This document shows positions 7,802 to 17,493 of a stretch of 64,000 nt of DNA, one piece after another (position 1 is the first letter of the stretch; every line of letters begins with the position of its first letter). The stretch spans positions 296,684-360,683 of the IMG/VR virus record IMGVR_UViG_3300032675_000001; one strand, 5' to 3'. The notes under the pieces were generated by a model that saw nothing but the letters and a program-made list of their open reading frames with translations, had not been told where the DNA came from and searched no databases. Position numbers and translations under genes: made by a program.

Positions 7802-8256
7802 CAGGTATTTATCGCATTCTGTGCTTCGGTTTCAGTTTTATAGGGACCGGAATATTCATATCGTTGAATGAAGATATACTTAGGACAGAAAACTGCCTGT
7901 TTCACTCCATTCTGGTCCATAGCAAACCATCCAGCCGCATGAAGACATTTGCTTTTCTTTGTAGTTGTGAACAGATGAAGTCCACGCTTAACATCAAAGA
8001 TGGAGTTATAAATCTTTGCAGGAGTTGGGTATTGTGGATATGGCATTGCCACTTTAGTGTTATTAGACTTAAGTGGCTCAAAACGAATGTGAGTCTTTTT
8101 CTTCAACTCATTTGCATTATCAAACTGGAGGAAATTGCCGTTAAGCTGCACACCATAACCGGAATTGTTGGCTTCAATGTTGCCAACCTTCTTCTCGCCA
8201 TCAGTGACAATCCAGAATTGATTCTTGATGATTGGTTTTGCAATAAGTTCGGTCAT
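7801..8256 (-). CDS. hypothetical protein
   Basis: ORF, TAATG coupling. Confidence 0.75.
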   Translation of the reverse strand: MTELIAKPIIKNQFWIVTDGEKKVGNIEANNSGYGVQLNGNFLQFDNANELKKKTHIRFEPLKSNNTKVAMPYPQYPTPAKIYNSIFDVKRGLHLFTTTKKSKCLHAAGWFAMDQNGVKQAVFCPKYIFIQRYEYSGPYKTETEAQNAINT

Positions 8257-8393
8257 TATTGTTCCTTATTCTTTTTATTTGACTTGTACTTAGTGTAGAG
8301 ATATGCCCAAAAGAAAGTCCCGCAAAGAAAGCCAACTGCAAATGAGCCTAATACCCACTCAACAATGCTGCCGAAAGAAATCATAGTAATCAT
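8256..8393 (-). CDS. small single-TM protein
   Basis: ATGA overlap at 8393; hydrophobic stretch. Confidence 0.55.
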   Translation of the reverse strand: MITMISFGSIVEWVLGSFAVGFLCGTFFWAYLYTKYKSNKKNKEQ

Positions 8394-8608
8394 TGCACTA
8401 AAGTATCCCATACTAGTTCTGCATCCCTGACAACTGCCAGAGGAGAAACCCATCCATTGATAATCGCTTTATTCAGAAGTTCTTTATACTCGGAAGGGCA
8501 TTTATTTGAAATTTCAACACCTGCTCTGGTAGCCATTATACCCCCATCCTTAACCAAAAAGTTAGGATCACCGGGACGAATGGTTCTCAATGAAGTTTTG
8601 TAGCTCAT
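8390..8608 (-). CDS. hypothetical protein
   Basis: ORF, ATGA coupling. Confidence 0.7.
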   Translation of the reverse strand: MSYKTSLRTIRPGDPNFLVKDGGIMATRAGVEISNKCPSEYKELLNKAIINGWVSPLAVVRDAELVWDTLVQ

Positions 8609-9012
8609 TTGTGCATAACCTCTGCGCTGAGCATGATGAACAGGAACTCTTTTTCTTCCTCTTCATTGAGGACTCTTATACCAGTGCCAGCGCGATTCTT
8701 GGTGTACTCAAATGAGCCATCAGAATTCTGACGAACAACTGTGGTGGCTTCATATATCACGCTCATACCGGGCTTTTTAGGATATCTGTACCACTGTAGC
8801 TGACCCGATTCATTATACATTTCTACGTAATGCGGCTGCCAAACATGCTCCCAGTACAGGTGTGTATCAGATTCCATGTCCATCCAAACAGACTTACTTT
8901 TCTTCCTGTTCGTAGCTATATTGACTTCCATTCCCGGACGAAAACCTCTGTTTACGCTTTGGAAATCTTTCAACCAGTCAGACATTTTAACCCAATTAGT
9001 CATGGTATTCAT
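8605..9012 (-). CDS. hypothetical protein
   Basis: start reassigned to 9012 (GGGAG SD). Confidence 0.65.
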   Translation of the reverse strand: MNTMTNWVKMSDWLKDFQSVNRGFRPGMEVNIATNRKKSKSVWMDMESDTHLYWEHVWQPHYVEMYNESGQLQWYRYPKKPGMSVIYEATTVVRQNSDGSFEYTKNRAGTGIRVLNEEEEKEFLFIMLSAEVMHK

Positions 9013-9202
9013 TAATCTCCCCACGATTCCATGCTTCAACTGCCAGATTGGAACCCTCTCTGTACTCTCCGAAAATGAAACCATCTGTGTGCCTATCACA
9101 GTACTCACACACTACCATAGTATCACTGTCATCTGCATAGTTAGGCTCACACAAAATGGGAGTTTTGCTACAAACACATTTATTGAGTTCATAATCACCC
9201 AT
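8996..9202 (-). CDS. Lar-like (restriction alleviation) zinc-ribbon protein
   Basis: L.KC.C...P....V.C..C......A..AWN pattern typical of the Lar family. Confidence 0.55.
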   Translation of the reverse strand: MGDYELNKCVCSKTPILCEPNYADDSDTMVVCEYCDRHTDGFIFGEYREGSNLAVEAWNRGEINEYHD

Positions 9203-10196
9203 GAAGCACACCCTTATACGGGGAGTTCAGCCACTTTGCATATGCATCCGCCGATTCCGAAATGCGGTTGAGTTCATACTTACCACAGAACTTCATCAGG
9301 TGAATACCAACCTGAGGAGTTGTGATCAAACGAACATCACTGCGAATAACAGCGTCCACTGCATTCTTGATTTCTTCCGGCTGTGCGTTAAGATCAATCA
9401 GAGTGCGATTGCGTTCATAATCATCACGAACACGATGCTCTACTCCGTTGTGATCTGTCCACTTTTGCAGCATCAGATTATTCCAATGGAATCCCTGCTT
9501 GTTACGATCATTATATGCTTCTTTGATGCCCACAGAATTCTTGGAACCCTTTTCGCGAACACCGGGATAGGCACTGAACACATTATCGGTAGCATCGCCA
9601 CGAATGCACTTCTTGAACAGAAGGTATTCAGGGTCTTCAAGCAACTTGTGTTCCTTGGTTTTCTTGTCCTTTACCGGGCGATCACGGTCATCATAATACC
9701 CGTCCAGCTTGATCAACTGACCAGCAACACCGTTATATTGGTGAACATTTTCACTGATCAACTGCACAAAGTCAGTGTCGGAGGAAATGATAAAGTGATT
9801 ATCATTGGGATGAAGCCGAATAAACCGTGCGATCAAATCGTCTGCTTCTGCGTTTTCACAACGAAGAACAGAAGCATTGGTCTTTTCACGAAGAAAAGTT
9901 ACAAACTGATCATAGGTTTCCCAGAACATTTTGTTTTCTTCAATCTCTTTCTGAGATACCGTTGCTTCATCAATGGCACGGTTGGCCTTGTATGGCTTGT
10001 AGAAATCCTTACGCCATGAATGCCCCTCAAGGCAGAACACGACATGATCAATGCCAAATTTACGTACCATCTGGTTCACAGATGACAGCGTAAGATGCAT
10101 TGCCATACCAATCTTTTCCCATGTGTCTTGACTCTTTGAGGCAACATGACGTGCACGGAAAAAGGTGTTGGCTGTGTCAATCAGTGCGTAGTTCAT
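9195..10196 (-). CDS. rnh: RNase H / 5'-3' flap exonuclease (T4 rnh-like)
   Basis: LIDTAN, WRKDFY..YKANR, EADDLIA, SSDTDFVQL, GD.TDNV motifs. Confidence 0.92.
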   Translation of the reverse strand: MNYALIDTANTFFRARHVASKSQDTWEKIGMAMHLTLSSVNQMVRKFGIDHVVFCLEGHSWRKDFYKPYKANRAIDEATVSQKEIEENKMFWETYDQFVTFLREKTNASVLRCENAEADDLIARFIRLHPNDNHFIISSDTDFVQLISENVHQYNGVAGQLIKLDGYYDDRDRPVKDKKTKEHKLLEDPEYLLFKKCIRGDATDNVFSAYPGVREKGSKNSVGIKEAYNDRNKQGFHWNNLMLQKWTDHNGVEHRVRDDYERNRTLIDLNAQPEEIKNAVDAVIRSDVRLITTPQVGIHLMKFCGKYELNRISESADAYAKWLNSPYKGVLHG

Positions 10197-10221
10197 ATGA
10201 ATCCTTTGCTAATATCCGGAC

Positions 10222-10250
10222 ATTATACACATAATATGCGTATATGTCAA
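10222..10250 (-). promoter_or_regulatory. consensus sigma70 promoter
   Basis: TTGACA-N17-TATAAT. Confidence 0.9.
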
Positions 10251-10259
10251 GCATCAATA

Positions 10260-11009
10260 TCAACTTTCTTCAAACAAGTCATTATCAAGGACAGAAGGAG
10301 GGAAAATCCTTGCCTTTGCGATATCAAAGTACTTTTCTTCCTTTTCTATTCCGATAAAGCTTCTCCCGAGATTCTTGCAAGCAACACCGGTTGTTCCGGA
10401 ACCCATCGTGTTGTCCAAGACAACATCGTTGGGGTTGCTATAAGTGTTGATCAGGTATTCCATCAGTTGAACAGGTTTTTGTGTGGGGTGAAAGCCTTTT
10501 TCCTGTTTAAACCTTAGGACAGTTTTTGGGTAGCGAGTACCATCTGGGTTGTCACGGTGAACTGAGTTGGCACTGCCGTAAACTTCACCAATCTTAGCTT
10601 TGTCACTACTAAACCCTCTGTATGGAGTTCCCTGTGTCATTTGTGGATTGTACACCGTTTTCTGGCGACAAAAAACTACGATATTCTCATGTGACTTTAG
10701 GGGCATAGACTTAGCACACATAGGATTTGTTCCTTGAGGCTTTTCCCAAATCCATTCATACTTGAAGTGCTTGAGGTTGGAAGCGATCAATGTAGTGGTA
10801 AATGGCTGTGCAGCAGTAAAGACCATTGCAGCAGATTTCTTACATACACGATAATATTCGTCCCATAGTTGATCAAGGGGTAAAATACTATCCCACTTAC
10901 AGGCAGTAGTTCCATATGGAAGATCAACAAGTAGCAAATCAACCGAATCTTCGTCTAACGTCTTTAATATATCTAGACAATCACCATGTCTTAGATCAAA
11001 TGTTACCAT
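10260..11009 (-). CDS. N4-C/N6-A DNA methyltransferase, beta class
   Basis: motif IV DLPY near N-terminus; HPTQKP; motif I D..MGSGTTG near C-terminus. Confidence 0.92.
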   Translation of the reverse strand: MVTFDLRHGDCLDILKTLDEDSVDLLLVDLPYGTTACKWDSILPLDQLWDEYYRVCKKSAAMVFTAAQPFTTTLIASNLKHFKYEWIWEKPQGTNPMCAKSMPLKSHENIVVFCRQKTVYNPQMTQGTPYRGFSSDKAKIGEVYGSANSVHRDNPDGTRYPKTVLRFKQEKGFHPTQKPVQLMEYLINTYSNPNDVVLDNTMGSGTTGVACKNLGRSFIGIEKEEKYFDIAKARIFPPSVLDNDLFEES

Positions 11010-11554
11010 GTGGAAATATCTCTAGCCAGCCCAGAGTTTAAGAACTGATTGAACTTGTTGACTCCATTGAGCATGTAGTCATCATTACCACCGTCCTTGC
11101 CACCCTGCTGAACACTAAAGTAGTTTTTAATTTCACCGGTTGAATGTGCCTGAACAAAATCTGCCTTATCCATCCACACCACATGTGACTTGCTGATGTC
11201 TGGATTAATGCCAGCAAAAATGATACGATCCCAGTCTTTGGATACTGCAATGTGATTGAAGATAAAGCTGTTCTCGTCGCATTCGCCAGTTTTGCTGTTT
11301 GTCAGCGCGGCAGAAAACTTAATTTCCGTTTTGTATCCCTGAACAACTCGGTCATGACTTGCGTTAAATGGCTTCTCAACCGTCAAGTTATAGTCGGTAG
11401 CCAACATATCAGAAATAACATACTCTCCGAAGGAGCCTTTTTGCTTGTTTCCCATAGCCTTGTACCCTTCCATAAGTGTACCTTTCCATGGATCATTTAC
11501 GGCTTTTGCTAATACTGCTTGCGCACCGGGCCGTGCTAGTGCATTTTCAATCAT
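11003..11554 (-). CDS. putative PD-(D/E)xK nuclease (restriction endonuclease-like)
   Basis: KG.FGE...HD.....TEIKF catalytic-type pattern; overlaps MTase start. Confidence 0.6.
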   Translation of the reverse strand: MIENALARPGAQAVLAKAVNDPWKGTLMEGYKAMGNKQKGSFGEYVISDMLATDYNLTVEKPFNASHDRVVQGYKTEIKFSAALTNSKTGECDENSFIFNHIAVSKDWDRIIFAGINPDISKSHVVWMDKADFVQAHSTGEIKNYFSVQQGGKDGGNDDYMLNGVNKFNQFLNSGLARDISTW

Positions 11555-11578
11555 TAAATCTGTATTCCTTGTTAGAGT

Positions 11579-12031
11579 TTAACTTACTTCGGTGAATCCA
11601 TCGCCCAAATCCTTCTGGCGAATGATGCGAACATCATCACGTTTTTCAGGATCAGCGATTTCTTGTTCATATACCTCAAGCGCAATGTTTCGGCATACAG
11701 TCTGAAACCAACGATCAACGATCATCTGGTCTGTATCTTTTTTGTTGTATTTGTAGCCTTGCTTGATCAAGTTGATTACAAACTTGTCATTCCAATCAAG
11801 TTCAAACGAACCATTGTTGATGTCAGCCGGATCAAGGTCTACATTTAAAATAGCTACATAAGGCTCACCCCTAGAAGTCGCATATTCTTTGGGTGTTAAC
11901 TCTGGCTTAGTCTCTTTAGTTTTCCGAGGTGCCTTCACTTTAGGCATCGGCGGCTGTAGTTCCTTCTCAGGAAGCACAGATGCTGATGCATCGTCTTCCA
12001 TGGTTAACCATTTCTTAATTTTATCAAACAT
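11579..12031 (-). CDS. hypothetical protein
   Basis: start MFDKIKKW after GGGAG; GSFELDWND.F motif. Confidence 0.75.
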   Translation of the reverse strand: MFDKIKKWLTMEDDASASVLPEKELQPPMPKVKAPRKTKETKPELTPKEYATSRGEPYVAILNVDLDPADINNGSFELDWNDKFVINLIKQGYKYNKKDTDQMIVDRWFQTVCRNIALEVYEQEIADPEKRDDVRIIRQKDLGDGFTEVS

Positions 12032-12035
12032 ATTT

Positions 12036-12671
12036 TTATCTCCCGATAGTATATATCTGTCTTTTATCACCGTGTTCATAAACACCACAGTCATATTCTC
12101 CACAATCATTGCAGTATTCCCGATGAATAACTTCACCTTCAATCCACTGAGGGGGAACACGGTTGGTCCACCGAAGCAAATCGGTCTTACCGTGATTGTA
12201 GTAGTTACGGTAATTGGTGATAGGGTCCAGACTGATGATATATTCTTGTGCCATGCAAGATGGCATTTTAGTCAGTCCACTTTGCTTGATATTCTTGGGG
12301 GCACCCTTCAGTATGGTCCCCAGCTTATCAATAGTGAGATGAATACGAGAATAACGATGGGTATACTCACGACCAAGAGCAAGTAGATGAGAATAAAGCC
12401 AATCGTAATTTGCGCTAGACTCACGGACCCATGCTGCGGACGGATGATTAACATGAGTAGCAGAATAGATAATAGTATCAATAGCATCGGGGAGTTTCCA
12501 AACTTTCTTTTTGCGACCTGAGTCCGTTTTACCGACTTCTTCCACACCATCAAGAACGCGATGTGCAGTAGACAACAGTTGGGCGGTTTCAAGAATCATC
12601 TTGACTACATGGCGATCAACCATGTTACGAGCGGCAACTTCTGGATCATAATCAACATAGAAGATATTCAT
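12036..12671 (-). CDS. denV: pyrimidine-dimer DNA glycosylase-like (DenV family)
   Basis: MNIFY.D..P..AA....DRHVVKMILE.AQLLSTAH; H.NHPS..W.RES; YR.YY. Confidence 0.8.
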   Translation of the reverse strand: MNIFYVDYDPEVAARNMVDRHVVKMILETAQLLSTAHRVLDGVEEVGKTDSGRKKKVWKLPDAIDTIIYSATHVNHPSAAWVRESSANYDWLYSHLLALGREYTHRYSRIHLTIDKLGTILKGAPKNIKQSGLTKMPSCMAQEYIISLDPITNYRNYYNHGKTDLLRWTNRVPPQWIEGEVIHREYCNDCGEYDCGVYEHGDKRQIYTIGR

Positions 12672-12978
12672 GATACTATACTCACTTGTCTTTCTTGGTG
12701 GATTTATAGTACTTCCACGCCATGATAGACAAAGGAATCAACGATCCCAATGGAAGAATGATGCTAACACCGATCACGGCAGGATGAAGTGCCGATCCAA
12801 GTTTGCTACTTTTCTTTTTCAGTGTCACTTATAACTTCCTTATATTTACGTGCCAGCAATACGTGCAACACTGCACACACTACGAAAACACAGGCGCATA
12901 GTATGATGTCATTCATAATATAATCACTCTACACCAATATGACCACCGATGTCAAGACATATCATTCGTTTAGGTTTG

Positions 12979-13143
12979 TTAACCATTCCAATGATGTATT
13001 GCGTTTGCGATGATAAAGAAGTTAGTTACAAAGGCTTGAAGGACCAAGACTGTGCGAACCCAAGCAACCTTGTCGGATTCTTTATCACAGTCACTGGCCT
13101 TTTCGCCAAGCGCCTTAAACCAAATACGCTTAAATGTAGTCAT
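12979..13143 (-). CDS. small membrane protein
   Basis: W.KALGEKAS...E.D.VA.VRT...TNFFIIANAIHHW. Confidence 0.7.
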   Translation of the reverse strand: MTTFKRIWFKALGEKASDCDKESDKVAWVRTVLVLQAFVTNFFIIANAIHHWNG

Positions 13144-13561
13144 ATTCTCTTTTAAATCCCTCTGCGGTATAGATTTGTTCAACATCAAGACCATGTGCTT
13201 TATATCCTTCTTCCAGCATTTCTTGATAGTACATGTTAGGAGAAGAATAATGTACATATTCTCCAGTCATCTGATATACCATGGCCTCATGTTCTTTACC
13301 GTTCACTGTAACAGTGACATATTTCTTTCCGTAAAAGGAAGGGTAGCCTTCAAGGATGTCAAGTTCTTCCTCACATTCTGGAGTAATGTCCCACAACACA
13401 CATTGCGCAACGTCACCATAGCTGACTTCAACATCAGCTACTCCACGAAACACAAGACGGTGGTCCACAAGATCATACCTACCAATACTGACTGCATTAG
13501 GGCATCTCTGTGACATTTGATATATGTTGGTATTCATTCCATAAGCAAGCATTAAAGTCAA
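13130..13561 (-). CDS. gamma-glutamylcyclotransferase (GGCT/AIG2-like)
   Basis: AYGMNTN...M..RCP; LD.LEGYP.FY. Confidence 0.85.
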   Translation of the reverse strand: MTLMLAYGMNTNIYQMSQRCPNAVSIGRYDLVDHRLVFRGVADVEVSYGDVAQCVLWDITPECEEELDILEGYPSFYGKKYVTVTVNGKEHEAMVYQMTGEYVHYSSPNMYYQEMLEEGYKAHGLDVEQIYTAEGFKREYDYI

Positions 13562-13626
13562 CTATAATCTCCTATTGCTAAAAAGTTAATATATACTAAT
13601 TTAGAGTTAGCTGTCAAGAAAAAAGA

Positions 13627-13693
13627 TAAATAAAAATGTAGTTCGCGGAATTGGCGTTCCCAACTACTCTAATACTGCAACGGAGTATCAGTA
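13627..13693 (+). promoter_or_regulatory. late promoter plus two-hairpin leader of GIY-YIG gene
   Basis: TAAATA 13627-13632; GTAGTT..GGAA/TTCC.AACTAC hairpin; TACTG/CAGTA stem enclosing GGAG SD. Confidence 0.55.
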
Positions 13694-14293
13694 ATGACTA
13701 TTTATTATGTATATTCTTATCTAAGAAAAGATGGAAGTCCATATTACATCGGCAAAGGCAAAGGCGGAAGAGCATACGACCACAATCATGTAGTTCCTCT
13801 ACCTAAAGATCGTAATAGGATAGTTTTCTTAGAAAGAAATCTAACCAATGTCGGTGCGTTAGCACTGGAACGAAGGTACATACGATGGTATGGACGAAAA
13901 GATTTAGGAACCGGTATATTACGCAATCGTACTGATGGCGGAGACGGATTCTACTCTCTAGTGAGAACTGATAAGCACAAAAAGAATATATCCACTTCAC
14001 TCACTGGCATAAAGCGAGTTCCTTTATCTGAACAACGAAAAGCACACTTAAGTAAAGTACTGACTGGTGTTTCAAAGCCAGCTTCAAGCCGCCCCGGAGA
14101 ACTCAATCCGTTTTATGGAGCGAAACATTCTGAAAAGACCTTACTCATTCAGAGAGAAGCAAAAATAGGCGAAAAGAACGGAATGTTTGGAAGAAAACAA
14201 AAACGTATAGTGTGTCCACACTGCGAAAAAGATACCTCAGTGAATGTTTATGCTGCGTACCACGGAGATAAATGCCGAAAAAAAGCTATTTAA
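13694..14293 (+). CDS. GIY-YIG homing endonuclease with NUMOD3-like repeats
   Basis: YYVYSY...PYYIGKG...R; NRTDGGDG; G..NPFYG.KH motifs; C-terminal CPHC. Confidence 0.9.
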   Translation: MTIYYVYSYLRKDGSPYYIGKGKGGRAYDHNHVVPLPKDRNRIVFLERNLTNVGALALERRYIRWYGRKDLGTGILRNRTDGGDGFYSLVRTDKHKKNISTSLTGIKRVPLSEQRKAHLSKVLTGVSKPASSRPGELNPFYGAKHSEKTLLIQREAKIGEKNGMFGRKQKRIVCPHCEKDTSVNVYAAYHGDKCRKKAI

Positions 14294-14501
14294 ACTTTCT
14301 TACTATTATCACCCCATATCTTAGAGAGGTTGTTTCACAGCCGATTCGCTTCAATGCAGCTTCGGCAAGATTAATCATTCTTATGCTATTTCCGCAGATT
14401 ATTGTTAATGGGAAACTGTCCTGATTCATAAGAACGAAGTTTTCCACCATCATATCTACGTCTTGATGTTTAACACCGTGAAGGTCAAGTTCATGTGACA
14501 T
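14286..14501 (-). CDS. stand-alone Smr-domain-like protein
   Basis: ELDLHG...IICGNS pattern (Smr DLHG..I.G). Confidence 0.65.
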   Translation of the reverse strand: MSHELDLHGVKHQDVDMMVENFVLMNQDSFPLTIICGNSIRMINLAEAALKRIGCETTSLRYGVIIVRKFK

Positions 14502-14789
14502 TCACATTTCCTCTACTACTGGCTCATCACCCAGTCCATAAGTCACTCTGTATTCCTTTCCGTTGTGGTTATAGAAATACGTATGAGTTCGTTGATTGTT
14601 AGAATCCCCGTAATGTCCTATTAGCTTAAGAACTGTGAGCATGTGCTTTGCTTCGTCACCTTCAAGTTCTCGCGTTTCATGACCATGAATCTGACGTAGC
14701 CATTCACGTAGCTTTTCCGGAGGCCATTTCATTCTTTCTTCGGTCTGTTTACGAATAACTTCAATGATGCGCCTATTTCTTTCGCTCAT
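14502..14789 (-). CDS. hypothetical protein
   Basis: ORF. Confidence 0.7.
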   Translation of the reverse strand: MSERNRRIIEVIRKQTEERMKWPPEKLREWLRQIHGHETRELEGDEAKHMLTVLKLIGHYGDSNNQRTHTYFYNHNGKEYRVTYGLGDEPVVEEM

Positions 14790-15051
14790 TATTATTCCTT
14801 ACATAATACATTGCCATGACTAACCAGATAGTAGTCATTCCAGCAAGAGTGGCACCTGCAAACAATGAGAACCATTGATGCAGATGCCAGTAGAAATATA
14901 CGTTCCAGAATCCCCAAACAGCCCAAAAGAAGCTTGAAGGCCAAAATGTTCCCTTTACTGTTTTGTGCTTCCGAAGCGTAAAGATATTGATAGTTGCCGC
15001 TACCGCACCAAACGCTTCAAAGCTGCCATTGATTAAATCTGGTATGTTCAT
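14773..15051 (-). CDS. 3-TM PQ-loop/SemiSWEET-like membrane protein
   Basis: three TM helices, K..KG.....W..W..Y pattern. Confidence 0.55.
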   Translation of the reverse strand: MNIPDLINGSFEAFGAVAATINIFTLRKHKTVKGTFWPSSFFWAVWGFWNVYFYWHLHQWFSLFAGATLAGMTTIWLVMAMYYVRNNNERKK

Positions 15052-15281
15052 AAGTACTTCAATTTAAACCACAATTCATCTGCTTCTGCACGGAATTTCA
15101 AGCGATACTTGAAACACATTGAGACGGGATCGTATGCTTCTTCTAAGCCGTAATTGCCCGGAAAATGCTTCTGCGTTTCATTCAATACATACTGATACCG
15201 GTGAACTTCCTCGGCCTCAGTCAACCAGTTAACAGGACCGAGCTTATTCAGAAGTTCCTCAGGAGTCACGATAAATTCCAC
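15048..15281 (-). CDS. LKY/LRWS-family-like protein
   Basis: ends LKFRAEADELWFKLKYL with ATGA coupling; GTG start inferred. Confidence 0.6.
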   Translation of the reverse strand: MEFIVTPEELLNKLGPVNWLTEAEEVHRYQYVLNETQKHFPGNYGLEEAYDPVSMCFKYRLKFRAEADELWFKLKYL

Positions 15282-15289
15282 AATTATTT

Positions 15290-16360
15290 TTATGTAAATA
15301 CGCGATTGAACTGATTGTTGACACGAATGAATGTGGTGCATTTACTTAAGTGCTTAAGCTCGGCGGCACCGGTATAAGTACACGCGCTTCTTAGTCCGCC
15401 AAGAATGTCACGAATAGTATTTTCAACTGGTCCCTTGTATGGAATCTCTACAGTTCTGCCTTCGCTGCTACGATAGTCAGCAACTCCGCCATGATGTTTG
15501 TTCATGGCAGTTTCACTGCTCATCCCATAGAACTGCACACGGCGTTCACCCGTCAAGATAATATCAGCCTCATCACTATAATATCCAGTAGGCTTCCAAC
15601 GAGTAAACTGTGTGCCACCACCTTCATCATGACCGGCAAGCATTCCACCGAGCATTACGAAATCAGCACCTGCACCAAATGCCTTTGCTACATCGCCAGG
15701 ACAAGTACAACCGCCATCAGCAATAATATGACCTCCAAGACCGTGTGCTGCGTCTGCGCACTCGATAATTGCGGAAAGTTGTGGATAACCCACGCCAGTC
15801 TGGATACGAGTAGTACACACAGAACCGGGTCCAATACCCACCTTAATAATATCAGCGCCACGTAAAATTAACTCCTGAGTCATATCTGCGGTAACAACAT
15901 TGCCAGCAATGATAGTTTTATTGGGGTATAGTCCCCTAACCTTGGCAACAAAATCACCAAAATGTTCACTATACCCATTGGCAACATCAATACAGATAAA
16001 TTCAAACGGATACAGGGTCATCAAATCTTGAAGTTTTTGATAATCTGCATCACTTGTTCCTGTACTTACCGCAACATTACTAAAGTTGATATTCCCATCA
16101 TAAAGTTCAAAACCAGCAACATTGTAGCTTTTAACCAAGCAGGTAAACAAAGAGTTCTTGTTTAACTCTTCTGCCATAGCAAGGGTTCCAACCCCATCCA
16201 TGTTTGCCGCCATAATGGCAATCCCCCGCCATTCGGCACCGCTATGTTTGAACTTAAAATTTCGTTCTAAATTGACTTCCTTGCGACTAGAAAGAGTTGA
16301 CCGCTTTGGACGAATCAACACATCACTAAAGTCAAGAAGAATCTCATTTTCAATACGCAT
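15290..16360 (-). CDS. guaC: GMP reductase
   Basis: [17 protein letters not shown]; AANMDGVG; [10 protein letters not shown]; [11 protein letters not shown]; GGLRSACTY. Confidence 0.96.
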   Translation of the reverse strand: MRIENEILLDFSDVLIRPKRSTLSSRKEVNLERNFKFKHSGAEWRGIAIMAANMDGVGTLAMAEELNKNSLFTCLVKSYNVAGFELYDGNINFSNVAVSTGTSDADYQKLQDLMTLYPFEFICIDVANGYSEHFGDFVAKVRGLYPNKTIIAGNVVTADMTQELILRGADIIKVGIGPGSVCTTRIQTGVGYPQLSAIIECADAAHGLGGHIIADGGCTCPGDVAKAFGAGADFVMLGGMLAGHDEGGGTQFTRWKPTGYYSDEADIILTGERRVQFYGMSSETAMNKHHGGVADYRSSEGRTVEIPYKGPVENTIRDILGGLRSACTYTGAAELKHLSKCTTFIRVNNQFNRVFT

Positions 16361-16438
16361 TAGTAACCCATTCTAAACTCATTACATTTAACACATCTCT
16401 GTGGTGTTGGATAAAGACCCCTATCAAGGAGGATATTT

Positions 16439-16675
16439 TTAACCATGCGTTTTGGCAGCTTCTTGTTCCCTCCAACGGGTATAATCAATCTCCCACTGGT
16501 TTTTCACTGCCTTGCCAGCGATAAATTTTTGGAACTGCCGATAGATGTAACTCTTGCTGCTGTAGAGTTCAGCCTCGTCAAAACGATAGCCGTACATGCT
16601 ACAAAAATCACGATACTTATCAAGATCGTCAAAGATTTGATTGATGTTCGTGTTTGGCTTAGTATTCTTAGACAT
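16439..16675 (-). CDS. hypothetical protein
   Basis: IFDDLD.YR.FC..YGY.FDEA.LY motif. Confidence 0.75.
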   Translation of the reverse strand: MSKNTKPNTNINQIFDDLDKYRDFCSMYGYRFDEAELYSSKSYIYRQFQKFIAGKAVKNQWEIDYTRWREQEAAKTHG

Positions 16676-16684
16676 TTATAATCC

Positions 16685-17071
16685 TTAGATTTTTAGGTTG
16701 TTTAAAGGTTGGGTTGTGTTGTAGGAAATCGTTACACCGTTACTTTCACTTTCGGATGCAGTGATAACGATGTCACGATTTGGGTAGCGAGTTGCAATAT
16801 ATTCATATAGCTCATCGCAGAGTTCTTCGCATGATTTATATGCCACACGAATAGCAGTATCATCAAAGAGGTTATTTAACCATCTTTTGTATGAATCTAT
16901 TTCAATCTCTTCGTCAGATTTGTCAAGCTCAAGCTGTATTCTGAAATCTATAATACGAGGATTGATACCAACACGAGGAGTGCTGATTTCAACCCACATA
17001 TTACGTTTCGCTTTGCTCTTTATCCTGTTGCGCGCATCTTGGAGAGCGGCACTTCGTTGTTCATCTATCAT
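16685..17071 (-). CDS. degenerate QueD/PTPS-like T-fold protein
   Basis: FR..LE...E.E...KRWL..L...KSCEEL.D.LY....RYP.R...I..SE...NG; no His residues. Confidence 0.55.
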   Translation of the reverse strand: MIDEQRSAALQDARNRIKSKAKRNMWVEISTPRVGINPRIIDFRIQLELDKSDEEIEIDSYKRWLNNLFDDTAIRVAYKSCEELCDELYEYIATRYPNRDIVITASESESNGVTISYNTTQPLNNLKI

Positions 17072-17118
17072 AATGTTCACACTATACCATGATGTTTAGG
17101 ATTAATCAACCGTTTTGG

Positions 17119-17493
17119 TCAACCAACTTTGACTTCATCCTTGATCAGAGCCTTAATGACACTGATTTGAGCCTTCTTCTCGTTGATTTGATCTAACAAA
17201 TCCTTGATGGCAGGACTAGTTTTAGCAAGTGCCTCAAGTTCATACTCTTCGTCACGCTTTTTCCTTGCCCATTCAAGAATGTTTTCAGCATCAGTGCTAA
17301 GACCAATACTTACATGACCGAGGTTCATATCTATCCACTGTTGACCATCGTTTACCTGAATGTTTTGCGTTGCGCTATTGAACCTCATATCACCAAGTCC
17401 AAGCGCACCAGAATAACTATTAAGATAGGTAGTGGGAGGAAAACCTCCATTAACCACAATATGTCGGTTACTTCCGCTGATACTTTTAAACAT
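17119..17493 (-). CDS. hypothetical protein
   Basis: G.MRFN...Q..QV.DG..W...L.WA..K; coupled to clamp gene (TGATG). Confidence 0.75.
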   Translation of the reverse strand: MFKSISGSNRHIVVNGGFPPTTYLNSYSGALGLGDMRFNSATQNIQVNDGQQWIDMNLGHVSIGLSTDAENILEWARKKRDEEYELEALAKTSPAIKDLLDQINEKKAQISVIKALIKDEVKVG

